A stretch of 64,000 nt of DNA from the human T2T-CHM13v2.0 reference genome, Homo sapiens (GCA_009914755.4 CP068257.2:11392001-11456000); one strand, 5' to 3'; counted from the first letter of the stretch, positions 12,923 to 33,428 are shown. The notes: generated by a model from the letters alone, not told the origin. Numbers and translations are program-made.

Positions 12923-13200
12923 ACATGAAGGTGCACCCTTGGTGGAGGGAACATCTGACGAAGTTCAATGTTTGGGGAAAGCAATATCTGGAAAGATTGA
13001 ACAGTCAGCAGGAGAAACACCTAGGAAAATTACAAGGCCTGTGAAAGAAACATCTGAGAAATTTGCATGGCCACAAGAAAGGCCTTCAAAGACCACACGG
13101 GAGGAAAAAGAAACATCTGTAAAGACTGAATGAGTGGCAGGAGTAACATTTAATAAAATTGAAGTTTTGGAAGAAGGAACATCTAAGATGATCACATGTC
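12923..13200. repeat. ~33-bp periodic tandem repeat abutting the HERV 3' LTR (same family as 4100-4240)
   Basis: 'gtgcacccttggtggagggaacatctgacgaag...gaaacacctagg...gaaacatctgag...gaaacatctgtaaag...gaaggaacatctaag'; 11-aa periodic ORF 12900-13133. Confidence 0.7.
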
Positions 13201-15649
13201 CTACAAAAAAACAGCTACAAAAGCAAGTACAAATGGTAAGATGCTTGAGTGAACTTTGTAGAGTTTATTGGCACTCTGGGTTGCCTAATGGAAATAGTGT
13301 GGTATGGGAGTAGTTGGGAATGGCTTGAATGTCTAGATAACGCAAGCTTAGGCAACACATTTTAATAGTGTAGAAATGAGTAGATCTTATTCTGTAGGCC
13401 CTGGAAAAATTCCCAAAATAGTTCTGGCTGTAAATAATAGATGAACTAACTAACAATTGCTAAAACCATAGAAACCAAAGTTGTTTTGGTGGTACAGGGA
13501 TGTTATAGGATCTCACTCACCCCCCCATTATTAGTTGTGCTATTGGCAGTGTTTTGTTCATGTCTCCTTTCTTGGTTGGCTAATTAGCAACAGCTCCAAT
13601 CATCATGCTATCTCAAGACAATATCTGAAGGCTGGGAGGGCTGCTTTTGTTCACATTTTTTTTTAATGGGAGAAAACTTGGAAGCTTTCAGTAATCTTCC
13701 TGTAACATTTTATTGGCTGGATTATACCACATGCTTATTTCTATACCAATCACTAGGAAAGCAAATGTAATTACTGTGATTAGCTTACAATAATGATTTT
13801 TCTTTTAAGATGGGATGGGTGTAATGGAATAATAAATATCTAAATGAGCATGTGTTTCTGCAGCAATAAAGAATAAATAATGACTATGCATAGGAAGCCA
13901 GCAATGTTTTCTGCAGGAATTCAGTGGAAAAGTTTGAGCAGGGGAGTCACAAGATTAGATTTGAGTATCAGGGCATTCTGGTCATGGTATAAAGCAGAGA
14001 TTGGCAAAGTTTTCCTGTAAAGTGCCAGATAGCGAATATGTTGGGCCATGTGGTCTCTATTACAGCTATTCAACTCTGCCATTGTAGAGTGAAAGGAGTC
14101 ATAGATAATGTATGGGCAAAGAGGCATGATTGTACTCCAATAAAAGTTTGTATAAAAAACCATTTAGAAAGCTGAATTTGGCCTGTGGCCTATAGTTTTT
14201 GGCCCTTCATATAGTAGATAGATGGAGGATAATCACGTAAAAAGATTGAAAGATTAAGCTTTTGTAGTAGTTCATGTGATAGTCTTTTTTTTTTGTAAAC
14301 AATCTGTGGCCTAGTATCAATCTATTATGAAAGTTTGATCCATCAAGGGTAAAATGAATAAAGTTCAGAAGCTCAATTTACACATTTAAACATGTAGGTC
14401 CTTCTTTGGCATTATTTTATTTTGATTAATTTTTTTAACTTAAAAAATAAGAACAGTAATTTGTAGGGTTTCTTTTTCCCTGTGAAAGCCATCAGTTAAG
14501 GGGCCACGTTTAACAAGGAAATATAAATATAAAATAAATAAGTTTGTATTTCCAGTGGCACTGGAAAGATAAAGCAAAGGCAGAAAAGAGGTGCAGTTAA
14601 TATGGTTTAGTGATAATTGAGTTTAAAAAGCTAGGGGACAGATAAAATCTCAGGTCATTCATAAGTTTTCAGATTGTGCACAAGCATTTACAATGCTCAT
14701 GGGGAAGGAGTAGGAATTTGTCAGGTTAACAGGGAAGTGCAAACAGTCATGGGACAGACCAACAGTTTTCTTTACATATTGAGTTCAATGAAACATTTGT
14801 GAGGGATACTTTCAGTAGGTAATTGGATTATATGCATTTCTAGCTGGAGATAGAACTCTGGTTGAAGATGCAGGCTTAGAATACCTTTATTATAATTATT
14901 AGGCAAAGCCATAGATCTCAATGAGCTTATCCATGAGGCAGAAGATGTAGAATAAAAGGAAAGCCATTGACAAAACCCTGGGAATATCAACATTTCACAA
15001 GAGTCAAAGGACTTGGTAAAGGAGACTGAGCAGTGGTTAAACAAATGTAGGAGAGGAGTCTGAGAAAGTGATGTTGCAAATTTCTTTTAAATGTGAGAAT
15101 TTCAAGCAGTAAAATTACTCAAAAGGCTACTGGATTTAACTTACAAGTTCTTCAGTGGTAATCTGTTCAAAAGAATTATTTTAGTTGTTAGGTATACTGT
15201 TGATGTGGTTGATAATTCTGGTATCCAAGAAGAAATCTCCCAAGATCCTACCTAACTTTTTGTAACTAAAGCGGCATACATACACAGGTAGTGGGAAAAT
15301 GTCTAGACTGGTGAGTACACATACCAACATTTTTCCAGAATTTTCTGCCTCCTTATTATACCACTTGAGTAAGGGGTTTAGAAATTTTAGGCTCTACTTG
15401 GGAATTTGTCTATTTCTTTTGCAGTTCTATCAATTTTTGTATCATGTATTTTGAAGCATTTATGTTATTATATACATAAATATTTAGGACTGTTATGTTT
15501 TCTTGATTAATTGAACCATTTGTCACTATGAAATGACCTTGTTTATTGCTGGTAATATTTTTGCTATGAAATGTACTTTGGTATTAATACAACCACTCTT
15601 CCTCAGCCTTCTTTTGTAGTGTTAGTGTGATATATCTCGTTTCATCTTT

Positions 15650-16630
15650 TAACCAATTTTTGTCTTTATATTTAAAGTTTATTTCTTATACTCATTATAC
15701 AGATAAGACTTGCTCTTTTATCCATTCTGATAATCTGCCTTTGAGCAGAGGTTTTTAGACCAGTTTAATTTATAATGTAATTATTGATATGATTAGAGTT
15801 GTCTGTCATCACACTGTTTGATTTCTATTAGTCTCAGATCTTCTTTGCTTTGCTTTTTTCCTTTTTCTGCTTCCTTCAGACTAGTTTAGTAATTTTTATG
15901 ATTTAGTTACATATCTGTATATGCATAACTTTTTTAGTTATTAATCTAGTTTTACATTTCTTTACAATTTAGTCATATCTTTTTTGGTATAAGTTTATTT
16001 GGTATTAGGTATAACTCTTTGCTGTCTTAGTAGTTGCTTTAGGATTTATAATGTATGAATTTACCTCATCACAATCCACCTTCAAGTAATATTATATCAT
16101 ATCATAGATGGTATAAGAAATTACAATCATATTTTCACTTCTTTTCTATCAACCAGATCCCAGCCTAGATCTGTGGGATTATGGCTTTCGTTAAGTTTAG
16201 AACATATTTAGCCAATTTTTCCTCAAATTTTTGATTCTGCCTCTCCTCCTATCTCTTTGGGGACTTATATACTACCTGCTGGAAGTTTGCTCATCGTTCA
16301 CTAGTGTCTCAAATTTGTGAATCTTTTCTTTCATGATGGCGAATTAATCTATGCTCATATCTACTCAGTGTAGCTTTCATCTCCAGCATTGTAATTTGTA
16401 TCTCTAAAAGTGCAATTTGGTTTTTAAAAGTATCTTCTATTGCTTTATTTATCTTCTTGATTTTTATAGTTGAGTTACTTATAAACAGCTTGATCCTTTT
16501 CATTTTTCTTTTTATGGTGTGAGCTAACTCCCCATACCTGAGACAAGGCCTTTCTGAGTATTCATTTTCCTGTGAAGTCTGAGTTTTCCCAGGCAAATCT
16601 ATAAAAACAGACACTCTTCTTGGCACTGTA
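15650..16630 (-). mobile_element. Ancient L1 fragment (ORF1-like coiled-coil region), antisense
   Basis: Minus-strand ORF 16309-16626 '...IKKINKAIEDTFKNQIALLEIQITMLEMKATLSRYEHRL' resembles L1 ORF1p; the flanking sequence looks like old L1. Confidence 0.5.
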
Positions 16631-17603
16631 TGAGTACCAGGTGTGATTTCCTCTAATTTTATAAGCCAACCCCCACCCCCATCCGGTTTGTTCTTAGGTA
16701 GTTTTCTATCTCACATGCAATTTTCAAAATTTTGCTAAATACTGACAGGGGGTTTCTTGCCGTTGCTTCTGTATCTCTCTCTCCTCCTCAGTGTTTGTTC
16801 TGTAATATCTGCCTGCTTTGGTTTTACTAGACTCTAAGCTTCATCAGTGTAACCAAGAGAGTCTGGTAGATCCCACCTCAGTTTTTTCTTCCTGTGTCAT
16901 GTCTCGGAATCTCTGCCAAGACAGGAAGCTGAAACATTCAGAAGGTTTGCTTTCTTTCGTTTTTTTATTTTCTGTTTTTCAGGGATTATTATCTTCTTTG
17001 CCTAATGTCCAGTATCTGAAAAATTGTTTAATGTATTTTGTGTGTTTTGTTTTTAGTTATTTTAGCTAAGAAGAAAAATCATACCTGTTGCTCTCCCTTG
17101 GCTAGAGGAAGACTACACTAGAGTTTCAGCACATGCCACAGACTGGCTAAAATGCTTTCCTTCCCTGTTTGCTCAACTGCTTCCTTTTCATTCTTCATTC
17201 CTCAGTGTAGCTATACATCCCTCGGGGGAATTTTCCATGAGCCTAGTATAGATCTAAATCTTAGCAATCTGTTTTCTTACAGTATTTATCTGAATTTATA
17301 ACTGTCACTTTTCTGGGGCTTTGTCTTTTAGCACATTTTAAGTTAAACAAATGCAGAGGTTTTTGTTTTTTTCTGTTTAATCTGCAGAGCTTAGTATAAT
17401 GCCTTCCACGTGGCAGGCAATCAATATATATTTGATCAGTGTATGAATTAATGATTGTTAAAATATGCAGTTCTCTGTATCCCAAAAGTACTAATATATT
17501 TTATTTCTATCTCCTCCTTGAGACACATTCAACTAGCCTATCAAAAATCTTGGATGCAGTTCTTTCTTGTGAAAGAGCAAGGGAACTTAAAAAATATCCC
17601 TGT

Positions 17604-17910
<307 letters not shown>

Positions 17911-19529
17911 ATCCCTGTGAACAACTTACAGCAAAAATGAAACAAATGAAAAATAAGCTTCGTGTACTACAAAAGGAACTAACAGAAGCAAAATAAATAA
18001 AATCATAGAGAATCAAAAACTTAAAAGAGAACAAGAGCTCTGCAGTGTGAGGTATGACATACTAGTATATAGGATACTTTTTGTACTAGCTGACATACCT
18101 TCTGAGGTTTAACTGGAGAAAGAAATCTCTGTCTTGTAGAGTGTCAAATTCATTTAAATAATACAATTTCTTAACTGTGAATACATCTCCTGATAATTAA
18201 ATGCATATTTATTTAAATCACAATTTTAATGGCTGCATAGAAGGCCATTATTTGGAAACCCCATTATTACTTAACAAATTAATTTTTTTTATTTTTAATT
18301 TTTTGTGTTATAATAAGTGCTGCAAGGCATAACTGCATGTAAATCTTTTTCTATCATTCTAATTATTGACTTGGAATAAATTCTTCACTATAAAAATATT
18401 TGGTTAAATTATAGGTTGCTCTACCCCCAATAATCATTTTCCTTTAATTATACACTTGTAATCTTAATATGCATGGAGTATAAAGAAAAATATAGGTAAT
18501 TTATGACTAGTATATTCAACATCTCTCTCTCCTACATAAATAAAATTAATTCAGAGTTGTACTTATTATTTTTATATTTTAATTAAATATATTCTGTGTT
18601 ATTCTAAAAGAGATTTAAAATTTGTTGATAAAATGTATAATAATCAACAAGATACATTTAAAGTATTACTAAAAAAAGAAACAAAACATATATGGGATAA
18701 CAGATATTAGATTTTTCAGCCTAGTCTCAGATTTTAATATAATTATTTTTAAGGATACTTGCCTTATTTTATAAAGATGAATATTTATGTCTAATGAATA
18801 TGTAAACTTGTTTACAAAAAGTAACGTCATTTTAATTAGTTAACTCTAAATGATCTGTCCTTATTGAGGAGTAATTTTGACTGTTATATTTTTAAAATAA
18901 TAATTTTCAACTTATAATTTTACTGGATAACTTCCAGTATTCTTTTCCATAACTGTTGTTGAAGTTACTGGTAACAGAATCTTTCTAACTAGAAGATGTT
19001 CTTTCTCATTATTTTTCAAGTATGTGCATCATTTGGAAGAGAGTTCAGTAATAAATTAAATACCTCAGAACTAGAAAGAAAAAACATATTCAAGAATATA
19101 GAAATTTTACTGGAATAATAAACCAATATACGAAGAAGTAGATCTCAAAGTGAATTCTATGTTCTAACAAAATGAATTTTAAGATAAGTATATTTAATGG
19201 CAGATTGACTTTAAACCAAGAAGAAGAGAAGAGAAGAAATGCCAATATATTAAATGAAAAATTAGGGAAGAATTAGGAAAAATCGAAGAGCAACAAAAGA
19301 AAAAGTTAGAAGTGAAGCAACTTGAGCTCACTCTCCGAATATACAAAATATGGAATTGAAGACTGTAAGAAGTAATTTGAATCAGCTCAATCAATCGCTG
19401 GTAAAAATTTTATATTTCTAACTTTATTTCATCAATATTACTTTTAATATCCCTTCGATTTAGTATGTATTATTCAGAATTATGATAATGCCGCTATAAT
19501 ATTTAGGTACAAACTTTTGTATATTTCAT

Positions 19530-20690
<1,161 letters not shown>

Positions 20691-21239
20691 TTTAGAGTTT
20701 TGGTTCTGTGATTAATTTTATAATGTTTCATTGTGGTAAAGCACATATAATAAGCTTTGCCATTTTAAACATAAAAGTCAGAGGCATTAATTACATTCAG
20801 AATGTTGTGCAATCATCAAAACTATGTATTTCCAAAAAAAATTTTCACCCCAAACTGAAACTCTGTACTCATTAAGCAACAACTCCTCATTCTCCCTTTC
20901 CTCCCAAGTCCCTGGTAGGAATAAATTTTATGGCATTTTAATTAATTTAAGTGTAAAAAACTAAAAGCAGCTGGTGGCTATCATACTGGACCTCACAGTT
21001 CTAACACCATCAGTATCAACCCCTGGACAGATATAATCATTCCTAAGCTGCCTTTACATTTATTATTATTCTATTTATGGTAATCTGTAATCTATTCTCC
21101 CACAAAGCTGGACTATTCCTGTAAGAACATATCTTATACCATTTCATTCCCAGCTCTGAATCCTCCAGTGGTTACCTATCACAATTAACAAAGAAATCCA
21201 AGCTCTTTACTATGGTCTGTGTTTATCTGCTCCTCAGAC

Positions 21240-21845
<606 letters not shown>

Positions 21846-21959
21846 AAGAAGAATCTTATTCATGTCAAGGCTGTAATCTATGTTAGACTCAAAGAGATAG
21901 TCTCCTGACTAAATGGAAGTGTTTCTTTATTGAAGCATGCCTTTAAAAAAAGTGTTGCA

Positions 21960-23228
<1,269 letters not shown>

Positions 23229-23640
23229 TACATGTACAAATTAGAGTACACCATGGAATATTATGCAGCCATAAAAAAGTATGAGTTCATGTTCTTTGCA
23301 GGGACATGGATGAAACTAGAAGCCATCATTCTCAGCAAACTAACACAGGAACAGAAAACCAAACAGTGCATGTTCTCACTCATAAATGGGAGTTGAATAA
23401 TGAGAACACATGGACACATGAAGGGGAACCTCACACACAGAGACCTGTCAGGGGTTGGAGGGGAAGAGGAGGGAGAGCATTAGGACAAATACCTCATGCA
23501 TGTGGGGCTTAAAACTTAGATTACAGGTTGATAGATGGAGTGAACCACCACAGCACATGTATACCTATGTAACAAACCTGTACATTCTGCACATGTATCC
23601 CAGAACTTAAAGTAAAATTTTTAAAACAGATATAAATATT
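23229..23640 (+). mobile_element. L1 3' end (ORF2 C-terminus + 3' UTR)
   Basis: '[47 protein letters not shown]', then 'gtatcccagaacttaaagtaaaatttttaaaa'. Confidence 0.85.
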
Positions 23641-23829
23641 GTATACATAAAAAAGACACACAATGTTTATGAATAGAAAGATTTTATATTGTGAATAAGT
23701 AATTTCTACTCATTAAATTATGGTTAAATGCAATCCTACTCAAAATCCTATCAGGTAATTTGAAAATTGACAAGCTAATTTAAAATTTTTTTGAAAATTT
23801 AAAAGGACAAGAAGAACCAAGAAAGTTCT

Positions 23830-24419
23830 GAAGAAGAACAGAGCTCAAGAATGTATACCATCAGATGTTTCCAACTTTATTACAATTAAAATAAGATGCT
23901 ATTAGCAGGACATACAAATAGAGAAATCAAAAACAAACTCATACTTATACCATCACCTGATTTATGACAAAGGTGAAACTGCAGTGCAGTGAGGAAATAA
24001 TAATCTTCTCAATAAATGGTGTTAGATAATTTGGATATCAAAATGGGGGAATAAAAGAATTTAGCCCTTATCTTACTTCACAAACAAAAGTCAATCGTAG
24101 GTGGGTTATAAAGCTCAATCTGAAACGTTAAAAATTCAAAAAGAAAAGCTTCTGTAACATAGAAGAATACCTTTATGACAATGGGGTAGACAAAAATTTC
24201 TTAAGCCAGACAAAATAAGCATTAACTACACAGAAATAGTCTGATAACTTGAACTACATTAAAATTAAGAAATTGGTATTAACGAATTCACCATTAAGAG
24301 AAAGAAAAGACAAAGTGGGAGAAGATATCTGCAATGTTTATGTCCAATCAAAAATTTATGTCCAGAATATATAAAAAATCTCCTACAAATCTTCATATAT
24401 TCTGGATAAGAATTTTTGA

Positions 24420-24420
<1 letters not shown>
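23830..24420 (+). mobile_element. Older L1 ORF2 3' fragment
   Basis: Reads like L1 ORF2 C-terminal region ('...gtccagaatatataaaaaatctcctacaaatc...' = ...SRIYKE...). Confidence 0.6.
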
Positions 24421-27075
<2,655 letters not shown>

Positions 27076-27856
27076 GTCATTGAAATGTACACTTTAAAAA
27101 ACACAAAAAGAGTTTATTCTATCAGGATTCTGACTAGAGTGCTCTAGAGTATGACATAGGATAGGGAATGTCTTAATAAGCTTCAAAATTCTAGGAATAA
27201 TGAAACTAGGAAACAAAGCTTTGAAAAATGCCAGGAATTCAACTGCCTCCCTGGCCTTTCCCTGTCAATCTATGTGCCCCAGCAGCCAACTTACATAGCA
27301 CTGTGTGCAGGCTTGTAAATAGACCTTCCAGTTCTGCTATAATCAATACCTTATTGTCCATAACTCAATTTGGAGAAGGTTTAGCTGTCTACCAACTCTT
27401 GTGGAGAGTTTCTGTGAAGTTTTGTTTTGGGTTGCAAGAATCTGGAAAACAGATGCAGATTTTTTTGAGGAAGATTTTGAAATTTCTACTTATAAGGTAC
27501 CCAAAATGGGATCCAAACTCTTGAATTTGGTTGATCTTCTGAAATACATACCTGTGTTTTAAGATTTGCTTGAGCAAACCTTTAACCATGGAAATTTTAA
27601 CCAATGATTTCCAGGTTGAAACAATTCCAGTTTTGTCATTTAAATACCACAGATGAATCTGTTTTAGCACAGAGTACAAATATCTTTTTTCCTTTTGAGC
27701 ATTTGGAATAGTGTGTTTTGGTAATAAAACATAGCTCTGCATATTAATGAAACATAGCTCTGCATATTTTGTATGGGGAAAATTAGCATTCTGTGAACAA
27801 AGTCAATAATTTCTGGCCTTGCATTAGTTTCCCTACTATAATTAAAACTTAGTTTT

Positions 27857-28170
27857 GGCCGGGTGCGGTGGCTCCCGTCTGTAATCCCAGCACTGTGGGA
27901 GGCCAAGCCTGGCGGATCACGGAGCCAGGAGGTCGAGACCATACTGGCTAACATGGTGAAACCCCGTCTCTACTAAAAATACAAAAAAAAAAAAAATTAG
28001 TCAGGTGTGGTGGCGGTCGCCTGTAGTCCCAGCTACTCAGGAGGCAGGAGAATGGCATGAACCTGGGAGGCAGAGATTGCAGCGAGCCGAGATCATGCCA
28101 CTGCACTCTAGCCTGGGTGACAGAGTGAGACTCTCAAAAAAAACAAAAACAAAAAAACAAACAAAAAAAG
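27857..28170 (+). mobile_element. Alu
   Basis: Full Alu with (CAAA/A)n tail; TSD 'cttagtttt'. Confidence 0.92.
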
Positions 28171-28672
28171 CACTTAGTTTTGAAAGTATCTTAGTGTTAA
28201 ATTTCCAGTGCTTCAATATTACAATTAAAACCTTGCTTTACTGAGAGCAGAAACATAATGCAGAAAAGAAAAAAGACCAACAGTCTCTAGATTGCTGGAT
28301 TTATGTGGATATGATGGGGTTGGTATTTAACGATTTCTCCCTTGAATCATAGCAAAGATGCTTTTGTGAAGCATAGCTCTTTCATAAATATACTTTCCAG
28401 CCATTCAGCATTACCTATCTTTAGGTTTCTTTTGCTTTGTGTTTCCACTCCAATATCATTTCTGGAAAAAAATTACAGTAACAAATTTATTGAGAGCTGG
28501 CATTGTGAATGGTGCCTAGGACTTAATTCATAAAGAGAAGGTGAATTCTGCTGAAAGGTGCTTAATACACTGCCCCCCAAATCAAGAGAAACAGGCCATT
28601 CTGGGACACACATAGCCTGTCTCACACAGGGGTCAGGAAGCAGGGATATCAGGGAATTGGGACTATGTCTTT

Positions 28673-29059
28673 ATGATAGATATGGTTAGGCTTTGTGTAC
28701 CCCCATCTCATCTTGAATTGTAATCCCCAGGTGTTAAGGGAGACACCTGGTGGGAAGTGATTGGATCATGGCGGGTGGTTTCCCCCATGCTGTTCTTGTG
28801 ATACTGAGTAAATTCTCATGAATTCTGATGGTTTTATAAATGGTAGTTTTTTCTGCACACACACACATGTTTTTTCTCCTGCTGTCATGTAAGAAGGTCC
28901 AGTTTGCTTCTCCTTTGCCTTTTGCCATGATTATAAGTTTCCTGAGGCCTCCCCAGCTATGAGTAACTGTGAGTCAATTTAACCTTTTTGCTTTATAAAT
29001 TACCCAGTCTTGGGAAGATTTTTATTGCAGTGTGAGAATGGACTAATACAGTAAATTCA
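28673..29059 (+). mobile_element. MaLR LTR (THE1/MST-like)
   Basis: 'tgatagatatggttaggctttgtgtacccccatctcatcttgaattgtaatccccaggtgttaaggg...ttataaattacccagtcttgggaag...cagtgtgagaatggactaataca' matches the THE1/MST LTR consensus pattern. Confidence 0.8.
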
Positions 29060-30235
29060 TACTGGTAGAGTTGGGTACTGCTATAAAGATACCCAGCAAT
29101 GTAAAAGCGACTTTGGGTCTGGAGATGGAGATGAGAAACCTATTGGGAACTAGAGCAAAGGTCACTCTTGCTATGCTTAAGCAGAGACTGGCAGCATTTT
29201 CCCCCTGCCTAAAGAGCTGTGGAACTTTGAATTTAGATGATCTGAAATTGAAACTTATATTTAAAAACGAAGCAGAGCATAAAAGTTTGGAAAAATATGC
29301 AGCCTGATAATGCTATAGAAAAGATAAACCCATTATTTGGGGAAAAATTCAAGCCAGCTGCAAAAATTTGCATAAGCGACAGGAAGCCTAATGTTAATCA
29401 CCAAGACAATAGGGAAAATGTCTCCAGGGCATGTCAGAGACCTTCACAGAAGCCTTTCCCATCACAGACCAGGAGGCCTAAGAGGAAAAAATGGCTTTGT
29501 GTGTGGGGTCCAGGCCTTGCTGCTTTGTGCAGCCTTGGTACTTGGTGCCCTGTGTCCCAGCCACTACATCTGTGGCTAAAAGGGGCCAAGGTACAGTTCA
29601 GACCATTGCTTCTGTAGGTACAAGCCCCAAGCTTTGTTGGCTTCCATGTGGCATTGAGCCTGTGAGTGCACAGAAGTCAAGAATTGGGGTTTGGTAACCT
29701 CCACCTAGATTTCAGAAGATGTAAGGAAAAGCCTGGATATACAGGCAGAAGTTTGCTGCAGGGGTGGAGCCCTCATGGAGAACCTCTGTTAGGGCAGTGC
29801 AGAAAAGAAATGTGAGGTCAGAGCTTTCACACACAGTACCCAATGGGGCACTGCCTAGTGGAGCTGTGAGAAGAGAGCCACTGTTCTCCAGATCCCAGAA
29901 TGGTAGATTAACCAACAGCTTGCACTGTACATCTGGAGAAGCTGCAGACATTCAATGCCAGCCCATTAAAGCAGCTTGGAATGGGGCTGTACCCTGCAAA
30001 GGCACAGGGGCAGAACTGCCCAAGACCATGGGAGCCTACTTCTTGCACCAGTGTGACCTGAATGTGAGACACAGGGTCAAAGGAGATTATTTTGGAGCTT
30101 TAAAATTCAATGACTACCCTGCTGGATTCTGGACTTGCATGGGGCCTTTAGCCCTTTTGTTTTGTCCAGTTCTCCTATTTGGAATAGGAGCATCCTCATC
30201 CAATGCCTGTACCCTCATTGTATCTTAGAAGTAAT
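29060..30235 (+). mobile_element. MaLR (ERVL-MaLR) internal region
   Basis: PBS-like 'gtaaattcatactggtagagttgggtactgctataaagatacc' directly after the LTR; the 154-aa ORF 29764-30228 is a typical MaLR-internal remnant. Confidence 0.65.
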
Positions 30236-31500
30236 TAACTTGCTTATGATTTTATAGGCCATGCTAATCAGCATTCAGTTCCAGATTCCAATTTATTCTC
30301 AGTGTGCCTGTATAAATTTTCTTTCCATATATATAGAATTAAATTTCTATTACTTATTTGAATGTTATAGAATACTGTTCATATATTTAAAATAAAACCA
30401 CCAGGTATAATGATTTCTGGCTTAGTATAAAAAATATTTTACCCAGTTAGTGTTATTTACACAGGTGGATGTGGCTCCACAACATTTAGACAAGAAGAAT
30501 AAATTCAGCTGTCGTATGTTGCCGTGACTCAGCCTCTGAAGAAATTATGAAAAAATCCAAATTTCAGCAAAATTATATAGTTGTTTTCAGTACCTCTGAG
30601 GGTGGTATATCAAGAATTCTCGTGCTACTGTTTGAGAAAACAGATTCCGTTGTTACCTAGAAAATCAACTGCATGGCATTTTTATAACCTTACCCCATGT
30701 AAAAAACATATATTGAAATGTACTAATAAATGCAGACTACATTACTTGAAAAATGGTAATACAGAATGCCACTTTTAATAGTTGAGGATATGAATTTTTG
30801 GTAGAAATAATGTAAAATAAAGCTTCTGGTAAGCCTTGGGTAGTTAGATTTACATCAGTGTAAAGTAGGATGAAAATCTGTAAAAAATAAAAACAAAGAA
30901 ACAAAAACCTACACCAACAAAACCCTAACATCCACCAATGCATACATATTGATCTTTGTGCTGGGAAAATCTAAAGCAGAACATTTTGGTTAACTTGATA
31001 GTTATTTATTTTGACTATATTGGCATGTTGCTAAAACTGCTTATATTTAATTTGAGTGAAACATGTCCACATTATTAAAAGGGTTGTTTTTTACTATGAA
31101 TGATGGATGTAAAGTCTTGATCCTCACCCAGATAAATATGGCAACACTTTCTTCTGCTTCTTTCGAACTGAGACATTATGAAAGCTCAAATTTGAAGTGA
31201 GAGGGACTTAACATCAGAGCCTGAAAAACCAAGAGGAATGAGGTAGGATGGTCAGCTCTGAAGCTCAGGGTGGCCTAGGGAAACTCAATATAATGATGTC
31301 AACTATGAAGCTTACTAGGTAAAACTACAAATAGGCTGATCTCATTTCACAGAGGTAAGCCCACACTCCCCTTTCCAAAAAAGTAAAAAACAAAACAAGC
31401 AAATAAAACTAAAAATACAAACTTGAAAACACCATGGCTTAAATTTGGTGGGAAGAAGCCTGTGGGACAAAAAATAGTGGTGCCAAAAGAATTGAGCCAG

Positions 31501-31796
<296 letters not shown>

Positions 31797-32310
31797 GAAT
31801 TGAGCCAGAATAAAATGTATTTAAGGGTTATTAATGGGAATGTTTCTAGCACATAAGTATTTGTTCCACTTCTTATTATATTATATTAGTAATATCCTTT
31901 CATGTAATATCAGCTTCTCCAAGATAGGGATGTCAAAGACAAACTAAGACAAGTGCCTAATATGTCATAGGCATTTTGTTATCAAATTTAACAAACTTGT
32001 AATGATTATATAAATTTTACTGAATTGTGTTTTATGTATAAGCCTCACCTAAAGGCATTATCCAGTACATACAACCTTGAGTGTTTTCTGGGATTTTCTG
32101 TTGCCTGATTTCAAATCAACCTTATTGAAATTCTAGCAATTTCTCCAGTCCCAGATGTAAAAATAAAAAAGCAGAAATAAAGCCAAATTACCCCCAAAAG
32201 GATACACATTATGCATATAGAACAAATGAACCCAAAACCACATAAGGTAAACAACAAATCTACTGGTCCAAAATTCAGCCTAACTTCAACAGTACCAGGC
32301 AAAAACCATT

Positions 32311-33428
32311 TGTAGAAATTACCAAAGTCAATATAGAAACCCTTAGTCTATTATGCCAATAAATATGGGGGAACCTGCCCCGATAGTCAAGTAGGTTGTT
32401 TTCTATTTTCCCTAAGTGTCTGCCAGTTTGAGAAATAAAGGGAGAGAGTACAAAAGAGAGAAATTTTAAAGCTGGGCATCCAGGGGAGACATCACATGTC
32501 AGTAGGTTCCATGATGCCCCCCAAGACACAAAACCAGCAAGTTTTTATTAGGGACTTTCAAAAGGGGAGGGAGTGTACGAATAGGGTGTGGGTCACAAAG
32601 ATCACGTACTTCACAAGGTAATAGAATATCATAAGGCAAACGGAAACAGGGCAAGATCACAGGACCACAGGACCGGGGCAAAATTAAAATTGCTAATGTA
32701 GTTTCAGGCACCATTGTTATTGATAACATCTTATCAGGAGACAGGGTTTGAGAGCAACCAGTCTGACAAAAATTTATTAGGCAGGAATTTCCTCTTCCTA
32801 ATAAGCCTGGGAGCACTACGGGAGACTGGGGTTTATTTCATCCCTACAGTTTTGACCACAGAAGATGGCCACACCCAAGGAGGACATTTATAGGCCCACC
32901 CTCAGGGGTGCATTCTCTTTCTCAGGGATGTTCCTTGCTGAGAAAAAGAATTCAGTGATATTTCTCCCATTTGCTTTTGAAAGAAGAGAAATATGGCTCT
33001 GTTCCACCCAGCTCACCAGTGGTCAGAATTTAAGGTTATCTCTCTTATTCCCTAAACAACTGCTGTTATCCTGTTCTTTTTTCAAGGTGCCCAGATTTCA
33101 TATTGTTCAAACACACATGCTTTACAATCTGTGCAGTTAATGCAATTATCATAGGGTCCTGAGGTGGCATACATCCTCCTCAGCTGACAGGATTAAGAGA
33201 TTAAAGTAAAGACAGGCATAGGAAATCACAAGGGTATTGATTGGGGAATTGATAAGTGTCCAAGAAATCTTCACAATTTGTGTTTAGAGATTGCAGTAAA
33301 GACAGGCATAGGAAATTATAAAAGTATTAATTTGGGGAACTAATACATGTCCATGAAATCTTCACAATCCACATTCTTCTGCCGTGGCTTCAGTCAGTCC
33401 CTCCATTTGGGTACTGTGACATCCTGCA
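32311..33428 (-). mobile_element. Solo ERV LTR (~1.1 kb) with U3 tandem duplication; family not determined
   Basis: In minus orientation starts 'tgcaggatgtcacagtacc' and ends '...ctaca'. About 78-bp U3 unit duplicated (33185-33262 and 33277-33354). TATA 'ggcctataaatg' (plus 32886-32894) and poly-A signal 'aataaaaacttgctgg' (plus 32535-32550). No adjacent internal ERV sequence. Confidence 0.55.

Noticed and set aside
12900-13133. 77-aa ORF 'MSPKSYFQHEGAPLVEGTSDEVQCLGKAISGKIEQSAGETPRKITRPVKETSEKFAWPQERPSKTTREEKETSVKTE' that looks like a repeat-containing protein
   Set aside because: Its periodicity simply reflects the 33-bp DNA tandem repeat flanking the HERV 3' LTR. There are no splice signals or further exon context, and it overlaps the LTR end. 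It is most likely non-coding.
16309-16626. 105-aa ORF with a coiled-coil-like sequence, a possible gene
   Set aside because: It resembles L1 ORF1p and lies in an L1-like antisense fragment. It is treated as an old LINE remnant.
29764-30228. 154-aa ORF
   Set aside because: It lies inside the MaLR (THE1/MST-type) internal region directly downstream of its LTR and PBS-like sequence. It is a typical ERVL-MaLR remnant ORF, not a gene.
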